Shown here: one piece after another, positions 38,478 through 47,062 of the stretch
How the letters are laid out: each line of letters begins with the position of its first letter
Numbering within the stretch: the first letter of the stretch is position 1
IMG/VR virus record: IMGVR_UViG_3300030329_004481
Direction: 5' to 3' (one strand)
DNA length: 64,000 nt
Origin: a virus
Notes under the pieces: model-generated
What the model saw: only the letters and a program-made list of their open reading frames with translations
What the model was told of the DNA's origin: nothing
The model's database searches: none
Position numbers and translations under genes: made by a program

Positions 38478-39656
38478 TTAGAATGGATTAAGATCAGAAT
38501 CTTCTGTTAATTCAGGTTCTTCTTGTTTCACTTCTTCAGGTTTGTCATTCACATCTGCATCAACTTTAGTATACAGATCTTTAAATGAAGTTTTAGTTTC
38601 TTCATCAAACCTATTGATACACAATTCAATTGCTTGAAGTCTATCACCAAAGATAGAATACGCTTTACAAATATGAGCCAAGCGTCTTGTAGCAATAATT
38701 TCATCCACGCCACCATCATAAAAAGTTTTGCGAATAATATCAGACCATGAAACAAGTTTTGCTGCAAAGTCTGGATCTGGACATCCAAGCGAATCCAAGA
38801 GCTTTGTAACAATATTTTTTTCAACCGCAACAGAAGGATATTCTTGTTCAATGGTAATTGGAAATCTTTCAAGGAAAGCTTCATTCATAATATTTGTACC
38901 AATGAATCTACCATCTTCACTACCTTTACCTTTAGTATTAGCAGTTGCTACAACATTAAAACCATGACTAGGTTCAACCCAACGATTTACTTTTTTCAAG
39001 TAAACACCCTTACCTTCAAGTACAGGTTGTAAACAAGCAATTTTCATAGTTGCATAATCAATCTCATCTAAAAGAAGAAGTGCACCACGCTCCATAGCTT
39101 TTACAACTGGACCATCTTCCCAAATGGTTTGACCATCAACTAAAGTATAATGACCTAACAGATCATCTTCGTCAGTTTCAGCAGTAATATTAATTCTGAA
39201 AAGTTCTCTTTTCAGTTCTGCAGCAACTTGCTCAACCATCATGGTTTTACCATTACCAGAAAGTCCTTGAATCCACACAGGATAAAATTGTCCAGATTTG
39301 ACAATTCTAGCAAGGTTTTTATAGAAACCAAACTTGACATAGTTTGGATCTTTTGAAGGAACATATACAGGAGTTGTATCAACAACAGGAACAGGATTTT
39401 TAATCATAGGTTGTTCCAATGAAACTTCAGGATTAATAGGTACAACTTGAGCAACCATTTGTGGTCCATCAAATGCAGGAATCTGGAATTGATTTCTAGC
39501 AACACGAAACTTTGGATTGACAAACCAAGTCGCAGTCTTGCGACCCATTTCACTTGCCAACTCCAAGGCTTCTGTTTTTGAGATAATAGAGCGACCAAAT
39601 CGCTCTTGAGCTTTGTTGAAAAAATCAATTTGATAGTCTTTGAATTTAGTCATCAT
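38478..39656 (-). CDS. MoxR-type AAA+ ATPase ('CobS-like')
   Basis: GLSGNGKT, ETDEDDLLG, LLLDEID, ATANTKG, AFLERF, TRRL. Confidence 0.9.
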   Translation of the reverse strand: MMTKFKDYQIDFFNKAQERFGRSIISKTEALELASEMGRKTATWFVNPKFRVARNQFQIPAFDGPQMVAQVVPINPEVSLEQPMIKNPVPVVDTTPVYVPSKDPNYVKFGFYKNLARIVKSGQFYPVWIQGLSGNGKTMMVEQVAAELKRELFRINITAETDEDDLLGHYTLVDGQTIWEDGPVVKAMERGALLLLDEIDYATMKIACLQPVLEGKGVYLKKVNRWVEPSHGFNVVATANTKGKGSEDGRFIGTNIMNEAFLERFPITIEQEYPSVAVEKNIVTKLLDSLGCPDPDFAAKLVSWSDIIRKTFYDGGVDEIIATRRLAHICKAYSIFGDRLQAIELCINRFDEETKTSFKDLYTKVDADVNDKPEEVKQEEPELTEDSDLNPF

Positions 39657-39694
39657 ATTTCATTGGATGAAGGTTAATCAATCATTGTATATAC

Positions 39695-39723
39695 AGGATA
39701 CCACAGGGAAACGTCAATGTCAA
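39695..39723 (-). promoter_or_regulatory. Sigma70-type early promoter
   Basis: AAAAAAC-TTGACA-N17-TATCCT, extended TG. Confidence 0.75.
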
Positions 39724-39728
39724 GTTTT

Positions 39729-42194
39729 TTATGCCGCAATCTTATCAATCATTGAATTGAGAATGACTCGGTTGGAAAGTCTGTTGCCGACCATCTTCTT
39801 GAAGGCGGTCTTGATTTGACCCTTGGTCGCATCTTCAGCAAGTCCGTCTAGGTTAGTATCTTCAAGTCCGCGCATCTTATCAATATTGATAAAATATCTT
39901 TCATCATATCCATGAGTATTTTCAACTCCAACAGAACCTTTCTTAAATGATTCAGAATATTTCTGCCAATCATTATTATCAAAATCCCAGAATCCACGTT
40001 GTTTCCACCATCTGCGAGGTGCCAAGAAAATTCCAAGGACATTTATACCAGTTGATGCTTTGACATATTTCAGAAGATCTTCAGTTTGAGAAGCACCAAG
40101 ATCAAAAGTTTTTCCATTTCTACATTTGATAAATGCTCTATGATTCCCACCATAACTGTATCTTCTTCTGGCCGCAATAGGATGATACCCATTCACAAAA
40201 TAATTTCCATAGTTCTGATTTAATCTTGAGTCTCTATATTGATCACCAGTATCAACCCATTTATCACCAAAATCAATCATTGCGTGTGAAGTTCTTGATT
40301 CACCATCAGTAAGATAAACCGCATTAACAATTTCTGCACCAGTTGATTTTTTAAACTCATAAACAATTGATGGAGTAAGAATAATTGAATCATCAAGTGG
40401 AGTACCACCGAGACCAAAAGAATGTGGACATTTTAATTGTGGACCAAATGCGCCCCATCCATATCTATTTCCAATTGAATTTCCAAGTCCAAGAAAATAT
40501 TTTGCACCTTTCTGAAATTCTCTTTTATTCATTCTACTTGAAAGAATATTTAAGAGATGAAAATCACCAGGAAAAATATCACCCTTCTTTGGATTTGTAA
40601 TTCTTTCTTTAATATATTTTTCAGAATTATAATCTTCTCTATAATTGATGTTTGTATGTTGTCTGTTTCGTCGACCATAAGCATCTGAAAACATATAAAC
40701 CTCAAATGAGATTTGAACTTTTTCACAAAATGCAGCAAGAACTAAACATTGTTCTACAGTTTCAGAAATACAATTAGACATTGATCCAGACCAATCAATG
40801 AAAAGTAAAAGTCCATGATTTTTACCATCTGGAAGAACAGTCATTTTTTTGAAAATATCTTCACTATAGCGATACTTGAAAAGATTTCCAGAATCAATGA
40901 TTCCAGTTTTTGCTGTCATTGCACGGGCATGTTGTCCTGCCGCTTTCTTCATTTCAAATTCTTTAGCAAGATAGTTAATGACTTTAGAATGCTTAGTTCT
41001 AAAATTCTTCCATAGATCATTCAACAAATTAGATGCTTCACCAGAAGCACCCCAGCCATCTGTATCTTTTCCATTATATATACCATGATCTGTTGAAGTC
41101 TGTTCTTCAATATGTGTAATCATTTCTTTATAATCAACAATATATTGATTAAGATTAAAATCAGGTTCATTCAAATAAAGATAGTCAGGAGAATTTGCAG
41201 ACTCCGCAAGTAAATCACCTTGATTACTTTCCCATTCTTGATCAGTATATGAAAAAGGTTCAACTTTACTTGCATCAGTTATACCACGATCAGGTGTACC
41301 AAATCCGCCTTTAGGTCCAGTTTGAATTTGTTCAGAATCTTTACCTTCATTTTTTTCTTCGTCAGATTCATCTTGAATATTATTTGATGAAGAATTATTT
41401 TCAGATGATTCACCATCATTTTTTTGACCAGGCCCATCTTGTGTTTGATCTGATTCATTTTCTTCTTCACCTTCACATGAAGGATTGTTACTATCAGAAG
41501 ACTCACCATCGTCATCTGAATTCATTTCCATTGAATCATCATTACCTTCTAATCTTTCAGAAGGATCATTACTTTCATCACCATATTGATTATTAAATGA
41601 ATCTTCAAAATCTTCATGTTGATCAGTGTCAGATTCGTGATCTTTTGAATAGTTCCAAAGTTTTTCAACAACATCAAGAACCTCAGCAAATGTTTCAGTT
41701 CTTTCAACCATCTCAACATATTCACGTTCTTCGTCAGAAAATTCAATGTCAAGGGCAGTTCCACATTTTGTATAAAGATTGATTCTGTCAATCAATTTCA
41801 ATTCATTTAGATCCATTCCTCTGACACCAAAAAAATCTTCTTTGAGAAGTTTGTCATAACCCTCAACCATTTGCTTACCCGCACCAGGAAACTTTCTCTT
41901 GATCTTCTTTTCAATTCTGGCGTCCTCAACTACATTAACAAATGATTTGTAACCTGGACCCCTATCAGAAGGAGTCTGGTGCCAACCATCTTCAGGTGTA
42001 TATCTGGCGTGTCCAACTTCATGAGAACACATCAGGTCATATACAGGACCATTCATCCATTTATATACAGGGAGTAGGAGTTTGCGGTTCTTGAGATCAA
42101 ACATGGCTGTGTCATATTTACCATGTTGAACATCAAGATTTTCTTCCGCCATGAGTTTGGCGACTAGGGATTTGGTTTCTCTCAAATCAGACAT
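39729..42194 (-). CDS. HExxH metallopeptidase-like + vWA domain protein (MoxR partner)
   Basis: HEVGH, NVVEDARIE, acidic linker, IDWSGSM MIDAS, GGTPL, LTDGE; start at MSDLRE after GAGG. Confidence 0.85.
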   Translation of the reverse strand: MSDLRETKSLVAKLMAEENLDVQHGKYDTAMFDLKNRKLLLPVYKWMNGPVYDLMCSHEVGHARYTPEDGWHQTPSDRGPGYKSFVNVVEDARIEKKIKRKFPGAGKQMVEGYDKLLKEDFFGVRGMDLNELKLIDRINLYTKCGTALDIEFSDEEREYVEMVERTETFAEVLDVVEKLWNYSKDHESDTDQHEDFEDSFNNQYGDESNDPSERLEGNDDSMEMNSDDDGESSDSNNPSCEGEEENESDQTQDGPGQKNDGESSENNSSSNNIQDESDEEKNEGKDSEQIQTGPKGGFGTPDRGITDASKVEPFSYTDQEWESNQGDLLAESANSPDYLYLNEPDFNLNQYIVDYKEMITHIEEQTSTDHGIYNGKDTDGWGASGEASNLLNDLWKNFRTKHSKVINYLAKEFEMKKAAGQHARAMTAKTGIIDSGNLFKYRYSEDIFKKMTVLPDGKNHGLLLFIDWSGSMSNCISETVEQCLVLAAFCEKVQISFEVYMFSDAYGRRNRQHTNINYREDYNSEKYIKERITNPKKGDIFPGDFHLLNILSSRMNKREFQKGAKYFLGLGNSIGNRYGWGAFGPQLKCPHSFGLGGTPLDDSIILTPSIVYEFKKSTGAEIVNAVYLTDGESRTSHAMIDFGDKWVDTGDQYRDSRLNQNYGNYFVNGYHPIAARRRYSYGGNHRAFIKCRNGKTFDLGASQTEDLLKYVKASTGINVLGIFLAPRRWWKQRGFWDFDNNDWQKYSESFKKGSVGVENTHGYDERYFINIDKMRGLEDTNLDGLAEDATKGQIKTAFKKMVGNRLSNRVILNSMIDKIAA

Positions 42195-42233
42195 AGGAAT
42201 CCTCAATGGGTTTATCAATCATTTTACAGGTAT

Positions 42234-42262
42234 AGTATACCACAGGTGGGGGAAGAAGTCAA
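42234..42262 (-). promoter_or_regulatory. Sigma70-type early promoter (proximal of tandem pair)
   Basis: AAAAAAC-TTGACT-N17-TATACT, extended TG. Confidence 0.8.
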
Positions 42263-42322
42263 GTTTTTTGAAAACCTTAACAATTTCAATACTTTAGTGA
42301 TATCTCTCATTTCCATAACAAC

Positions 42323-42351
42323 AGGATACCATAAATATTTAGAGAAGTCAA
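42323..42351 (-). promoter_or_regulatory. Sigma70-type early promoter (distal of tandem pair)
   Basis: AAAAAAC-TTGACT-N17-TATCCT, extended TG. Confidence 0.7.
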
Positions 42352-42365
42352 GTTTTTTGACCAAT

Positions 42366-42462
42366 TGGCTCCCGGGGAAGGATTCGAACCTTCACGTCCT
42401 CGTCCTGCAACAAAGACAGACCCTAAACAGTGGCCCGTGTCTACCAGTTTCACCACCCGAGA
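42366..42462 (-). tRNA. Atypical tRNA-Asn(GTT), 97 nt, long variable arm, encoded CCA
   Basis: Acceptor TCTCGGG/CCCGGGA, G73, CCA; D arm GTG-AAACTGGTAGA-CAC; anticodon loop CT-GTT-TA; 9-bp V stem; T arm GAAGG-TTCGAAT-CCTTC. Confidence 0.85.
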
Positions 42463-42513
42463 GTCAATTGGTCAATATCAAAAAAGCAACATAAACATTG
42501 AGAATAAGTAAAG

Positions 42514-42645
42514 CTACTTCAACCAAGTTTCTTCTTCCAGATGTTTAGACTCATGTTCTTTTAATTCTTCAACATCTGTAAAAATTTCATCACATTCAAA
42601 ACAACTATTAAAACCATGCTTTTCATAGAAGTCTTGTTGCGTCAT
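42514..42645 (-). CDS. 43-aa C2H2 zinc-finger microprotein
   Basis: MTQQDFYEKHGFNSCFECDEIFTDVEELKEHESKHLEEETWLK matches C-x2-C-x3-F-x5-L-x2-H-x3-H; ATGA overlap with upstream gene. Confidence 0.75.
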   Translation of the reverse strand: MTQQDFYEKHGFNSCFECDEIFTDVEELKEHESKHLEEETWLK

Positions 42646-43517
42646 ATTAGATTTGCTTTCTTCATTCCATCGATCATTCTTGTAACACCAATTCCGCCAC
42701 CAAACCTTGGTACAAAATCATGTTCCAAAAATTCATCTAATTCTTTTAATACTCTTTCTTCACCAAATAATTCATAAAGTAAATTTGCATAACCGCCGTC
42801 AGATATTGTATGAAATTGTTCTCTCATCATATCCACATCATCAGCTCTTTCTGCAGAACCAATTGTTTCTTGCCCACCAATAATTACATCACATTTTAAT
42901 GCGGCCATTCCACCAGTAGATAAAGGTGTAGGGTCTTTTTTCATATTCCAGAATGGTGAGGTTGTGTAAGGGAAGTGTGTGAGGAAAAATACGTCTCCGT
43001 ATTCATTATACATATCTGACTCATGTTTAGCGGTAAGTAAGTTGTCAGATGCTGTATACTTACCGCACATCGATAAATAATTACCACCAGGGAAGTGGTC
43101 CGTATATGGTGCCCTTCCATGATCGCACTTAAATCCTAAATGAACGAGTAACTCATCTTCCATCTTAATTAAATCATCAAATGTACCAGGCATTTCAAAT
43201 TCAAACATTGGAAATATAATTTCATGCCTACCAGGTATTGGATTTGGTTCTTGTCTATAACTAGTACTTACACAAAAACAACCAGGAATTTCTGGTCTTG
43301 TAAGCAATTCATATTCTAGCCACATCTGGCCAGTTTGAGGTAGTGGCCAAATTTCACCATTGTATTCGTATGTCGCAACTGTAGTTGGATCTTCACAAGC
43401 GGCAAGAATAGATAATCTATTTTGTGTGTGAACTTCTACAAAGTTTTTAGAAAGAAAAAATTCTCTGAGGCGGGATGTAACAGTAGTGAAATCGTTTGGA
43501 TCAATCAATGATGTCAT
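42642..43517 (-). CDS. Class IIb aminoacyl-tRNA synthetase catalytic domain (AsnRS-like) lacking the anticodon-binding domain
   Basis: Motif 1 LREFF..KNFVEVHT; QTGQMWLE; motif 2 SYRQE..RH..FPMFEFE; ETIGSAER; motif 3 GGGIGVTRM; only 291 aa. Confidence 0.88.
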   Translation of the reverse strand: MTSLIDPNDFTTVTSRLREFFLSKNFVEVHTQNRLSILAACEDPTTVATYEYNGEIWPLPQTGQMWLEYELLTRPEIPGCFCVSTSYRQEPNPIPGRHEIIFPMFEFEMPGTFDDLIKMEDELLVHLGFKCDHGRAPYTDHFPGGNYLSMCGKYTASDNLLTAKHESDMYNEYGDVFFLTHFPYTTSPFWNMKKDPTPLSTGGMAALKCDVIIGGQETIGSAERADDVDMMREQFHTISDGGYANLLYELFGEERVLKELDEFLEHDFVPRFGGGIGVTRMIDGMKKANLI

Positions 43518-43542
43518 AAAATTCCTTTCGAGATTTCTTTTT

Positions 43543-43550
43543 TATTTATA
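43543..43550 (-). promoter_or_regulatory. Late promoter consensus upstream of AsnRS-like gene
   Basis: Intergenic TATAAATA about 25 nt before ATG. Confidence 0.6.
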
Positions 43551-43555
43551 CGATT

Positions 43556-44212
43556 TCAATTCTCTGGATCATAAGATTTGCCTACATCTTTTCCAAATTC
43601 TGTAAAATAACTTAAATCAGTTTCTTTTGCTATTCTATTCTCAACTGAATATACTGTTTGATCTATTAAATAACCTGGATTCTTTTTAAGTCTATTAAAA
43701 GTAAATGCAACATCACTCCAAACAATTCTATTATTTGGATAACAGAAAAAATTACCATCATCCATTTTAAAAAAATGTCCACATTTATGTTCAGGGTCTT
43801 CAGAAAAATTAACATCTAAATTGCCCGCTTTGTTTTCAAAACCCCAATCTAGAGTGAACATATATTCACCCCAATGTTTTTTTCCACTATGGTCTACTAG
43901 TTCTGCTCTCTTTCTCGCAAGTCTTTCTCTCACATTAACATCAATGTATGGTGAAAAACAATCCCAATAATGATGCATATCTAGATCATAAACTGGTGCA
44001 TCTTTTTTCCAACAAAAAGCAGTTATAGGTCTTCTAGTCCAATTAACTCCATTTTCTAATAAACATTCAAATAGTGGAACTCTATGTTCAATACTTGCTA
44101 CTGAATGAATATCAACTACTGAATACTGTCCTTGTCCTTTACTATGATCATACAAATATTCATCCCTTATAAAACAATTTATACAAGGAATATTATGATT
44201 TAAGTATGACAC
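43556..44212 (-). CDS. Conserved hypothetical phage protein
   Basis: SYLNHNIP, WDCFS, YMFTLDW, EHKCGH, GNFFCYPNNRI; GTG start overlapping upstream TAG. Confidence 0.75.
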   Translation of the reverse strand: MSYLNHNIPCINCFIRDEYLYDHSKGQGQYSVVDIHSVASIEHRVPLFECLLENGVNWTRRPITAFCWKKDAPVYDLDMHHYWDCFSPYIDVNVRERLARKRAELVDHSGKKHWGEYMFTLDWGFENKAGNLDVNFSEDPEHKCGHFFKMDDGNFFCYPNNRIVWSDVAFTFNRLKKNPGYLIDQTVYSVENRIAKETDLSYFTEFGKDVGKSYDPEN

Positions 44213-44448
44213 TAAACTGAAGCATGTGCAATAGGTGACAAAGATGTTTCCCAACCGCCAATAACAATTGCTCCTGTATCTGGATGAGTTAATACTTTAT
44301 ATTCACCATCAACGTCCCATGTATCATCAACTAAGTTTGGTTTATCCACAAAGAGTGTAATAGTACCATCTTTATCTTGGGCATACCATTTCCACTTATC
44401 ATCAACCATAAATTCAAACCTAATACGTTTCTTCTCTGTATTCTCCAT
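44212..44448 (-). CDS. Hypothetical protein
   Basis: 78 aa, WYAQDKDG. Confidence 0.65.
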   Translation of the reverse strand: MENTEKKRIRFEFMVDDKWKWYAQDKDGTITLFVDKPNLVDDTWDVDGEYKVLTHPDTGAIVIGGWETSLSPIAHASV

Positions 44449-44620
44449 TTGACCTCATTGTTGTATAGTTGTTTGAGTTTTGATCATAAGAATCAAATAC
44501 ACCATCTTCATAATCTTGCAATTCTTCTGTAGAACCATTTCTAACAATAGTATTTAATTGTTGAGTTATGTTTCTTTGCTTTTTATGTAAATGTCTTTTT
44601 TCGATTTTAGATTTGGCCAT
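44420..44620 (-). CDS. Hypothetical protein
   Basis: 66 aa overlapping neighbours. Confidence 0.6.
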   Translation of the reverse strand: MAKSKIEKRHLHKKQRNITQQLNTIVRNGSTEELQDYEDGVFDSYDQNSNNYTTMRSNGEYREETY

Positions 44621-45125
44621 TCTTTCTCATCCTTTTAATATTATTTTTTCTTTTTTTCATTGCTTGTTTTAAAGTAAAATTTGAAACACTCCAAAAAAAT
44701 TCATTACCTTCCATATGTTCCATTTCATGTTGAAATATTTTAGAAGATAATCCATTAAACACCGCACCTTTTGTTGAACCATCACGGACTTCAAACTGTG
44801 CTTTAATTGATTCTGCTCTCCGGACTGCAAGAACTAGACCAGGGTAGGATAAACAACCTTCTCTTTGATAAGTTGTTTCTTCACTCTTTTCAACTATTTC
44901 AGGATTAAAAACTACAATAGGTTTATTATCCCAAAACATAGCAAAGACTGATAAAGGAATACCAACTTGATTTGCAGATAAGCCAATACCTTTATGGTCT
45001 AACATACTTTCAATCAAATCTTTACTAAGTTCTTCAGGATCACGTTGAGGTGATTCCCAATTGAATTGGTCTGGTGGAGTATATAATATTTCTTCTTTTT
45101 CATTAACTAGAGGTAGGACGCTCAT
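44607..45125 (-). CDS. def: Peptide deformylase
   Basis: GIGLSANQVG, EGCLS, QHEMEH. Confidence 0.93.
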   Translation of the reverse strand: MSVLPLVNEKEEILYTPPDQFNWESPQRDPEELSKDLIESMLDHKGIGLSANQVGIPLSVFAMFWDNKPIVVFNPEIVEKSEETTYQREGCLSYPGLVLAVRRAESIKAQFEVRDGSTKGAVFNGLSSKIFQHEMEHMEGNEFFWSVSNFTLKQAMKKRKNNIKRMRKNGQI

Positions 45126-46836
45126 AATCTGCTATTTGGCTAAAATAATTTTTCTTTTCAAATTTAATCACACTTCGGAATTTATCATATAGGACTTCAC
45201 CTTTATGACTTATTACAAATGTATTAATATCTTTGTCTAAAGAATTAATCAATTTTAAAAATTCCTCCGTACCATTACTATCCAATGATGAATCAAATAC
45301 TTCATCTAATATCAGAAGATTTGTATTCATACTGTTTTTAATCTTAGCTACTTGTCTCCAAGAGAAAAGCAATGCTAAATCAATTCTCATCTTTTCACCT
45401 TCACTAAAAGATGAGTAACTAAAGTCATCTCTATACCTAGATTTTATTGTCTCATTAAAATTTTCATCCAATTCAAATGATATGAAAAAATCTAATGCAG
45501 AAAGATTTCTTTGTATGCACTTATTTATAATTGGAAGATAGGTTTTTATAATACGAGATTTAATTCCACTATCTTTTAATATTGAACTTGCTACATTATG
45601 TATCTCCTTTGTTTTATATTCATCTTTAAGTAGTGATTCCAATCTTATTAATTTATCTTTATAAACTTCCAGTTGCTCATTTTCTTCATCTATCCTACCA
45701 ACTTCAGAAAGTTCTGACAATTCTGTTTTAATTTTTTCTATATATTTTTGTAATGCTGATATTGATTGTAGGTTTTTATTAATTTCTAATTGTACATCAT
45801 TAATTTGAGTTTGATATTCAGATATGTCATTTAATGATTTCTCTGTATCTGAAATCTCTTTCCACAATTCTTCTAAGCCAGTTGTTTGTTCTTTTACTCT
45901 AGACTGTTTATCTTTAATTTGTTCTTCTCTAAAAATTTCATCTATTGCTTGTTTACAAGTTGGACAGTCTGAATTTTCTTCATAAAAATGAATCTCATGT
46001 TCTTTTGATTTTATACTATCTTCTACCCTATCTTTTAACTTATCTAATTTCTTTTTTCTACTTTCTATCTTTTGAACATTACCCATACGACTAAGTGTAA
46101 CTTGTACTTCTTCTTGATGTTTATCATTCAAATGTGCATACTCTTGAATCTGATCTTCTGACTCTTTTATTTTTTGTTCATTGTCTTTAATCAATTTCTG
46201 ATTATCTTGTCTCAAAGAATCAATATAATTATTTTGTACTTCAATTGAATGTTCTACTTTTTGTTTATCAAAATCAAGATCATCTATATTGTTTTTATTT
46301 TCACTAACTCTATCTTTTAACAAAGTATTCATTTTACTGAATATTTGAATATCCAAAAGATCTTCTATAATAGTTCTTCTATCTTTATCTTTCAATTGCA
46401 TAAAAGGAACAAATGTAGAACTTCCTAATATGACAACTTGAGTAAATGATTTATAATTAAATTGTAATATTGATTTTTCTAAAAACTCTTGATAGTCTCT
46501 TGAATGGGAATCTTGATTTAATAATTTTTGATTACATTTAATTTCAAATATGTTGGGTTTAATTCCCCTTGATACTTGATAAAAATTATTACCAATAGAA
46601 AATTCAATTTCAACTAATGCTCCTTTTTCATTTATTGTATTAATTAGTTGTGGTTTATTGATGTTTCTAAAAGCCTTCCCAAACAAAGCAAAACATAGCG
46701 CATCAAGTATTGTTGACTTGCCCGCACCATTCTCACCTATTATTAATGTTGTTGGAGATTTGTCTAGAATTACTTCAATAGGATTGTTACCAGTGGACAA
46801 AAAATTTGTCCACTTAATTTTTTTAAAATGTATCAA
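45103..46836 (-). CDS. gp46: Recombination nuclease ATPase subunit (Rad50-like)
   Basis: GENGAGKS, CPTC zinc hook, FSEGEK, ILDEVFDSSLD, ISH. Confidence 0.97.
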   Translation of the reverse strand: MIHFKKIKWTNFLSTGNNPIEVILDKSPTTLIIGENGAGKSTILDALCFALFGKAFRNINKPQLINTINEKGALVEIEFSIGNNFYQVSRGIKPNIFEIKCNQKLLNQDSHSRDYQEFLEKSILQFNYKSFTQVVILGSSTFVPFMQLKDKDRRTIIEDLLDIQIFSKMNTLLKDRVSENKNNIDDLDFDKQKVEHSIEVQNNYIDSLRQDNQKLIKDNEQKIKESEDQIQEYAHLNDKHQEEVQVTLSRMGNVQKIESRKKKLDKLKDRVEDSIKSKEHEIHFYEENSDCPTCKQAIDEIFREEQIKDKQSRVKEQTTGLEELWKEISDTEKSLNDISEYQTQINDVQLEINKNLQSISALQKYIEKIKTELSELSEVGRIDEENEQLEVYKDKLIRLESLLKDEYKTKEIHNVASSILKDSGIKSRIIKTYLPIINKCIQRNLSALDFFISFELDENFNETIKSRYRDDFSYSSFSEGEKMRIDLALLFSWRQVAKIKNSMNTNLLILDEVFDSSLDSNGTEEFLKLINSLDKDINTFVISHKGEVLYDKFRSVIKFEKKNYFSQIADYERPTSS

Positions 46837-47060
46837 TTATCCTCATTTAATAATTCTGGTTTTGGTTGAAATTTTTCATTTCTTTTTTTAAGTATGTAAT
46901 CCAAATGATCTGTAATAATAATATTCACCATTTTATTAAAGGTGACATCTCGCTCATGTGCTTTTCTAGCAATTTTTAAAAATGTATCATCTTCCATCTC
47001 AACAGGAACAGATACCCATGCTTCTTCATCTTTATTAGGATTTGTGTGTGAGTCTTTCAT
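46833..47060 (-). CDS. Hypothetical protein, possibly ribbon-helix-helix
   Basis: VSVPVEMEDDTFLKIARKAHERDVTFNKMVNII. Confidence 0.6.
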   Translation of the reverse strand: MKDSHTNPNKDEEAWVSVPVEMEDDTFLKIARKAHERDVTFNKMVNIIITDHLDYILKKRNEKFQPKPELLNEDN

Positions 47061-47062
47061 TA

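Noticed and set aside
38478-39656. Cobalamin biosynthesis gene cobS as an auxiliary metabolic gene
   Set aside because: No cobN or other cob genes; generic MoxR AAA+ with a vWA partner
42224-42316. Possible leaderless 30-aa ORF between the tandem promoters
   Set aside because: Largely composed of promoter sequence; no independent support
42366-42462. tRNA-Sec or stop-suppressor reading of the long-arm tRNA; genome recoding
   Set aside because: Stem register centres GTT; a TTA register does not pair; core genes are full length and end in TAA, TGA or TAG
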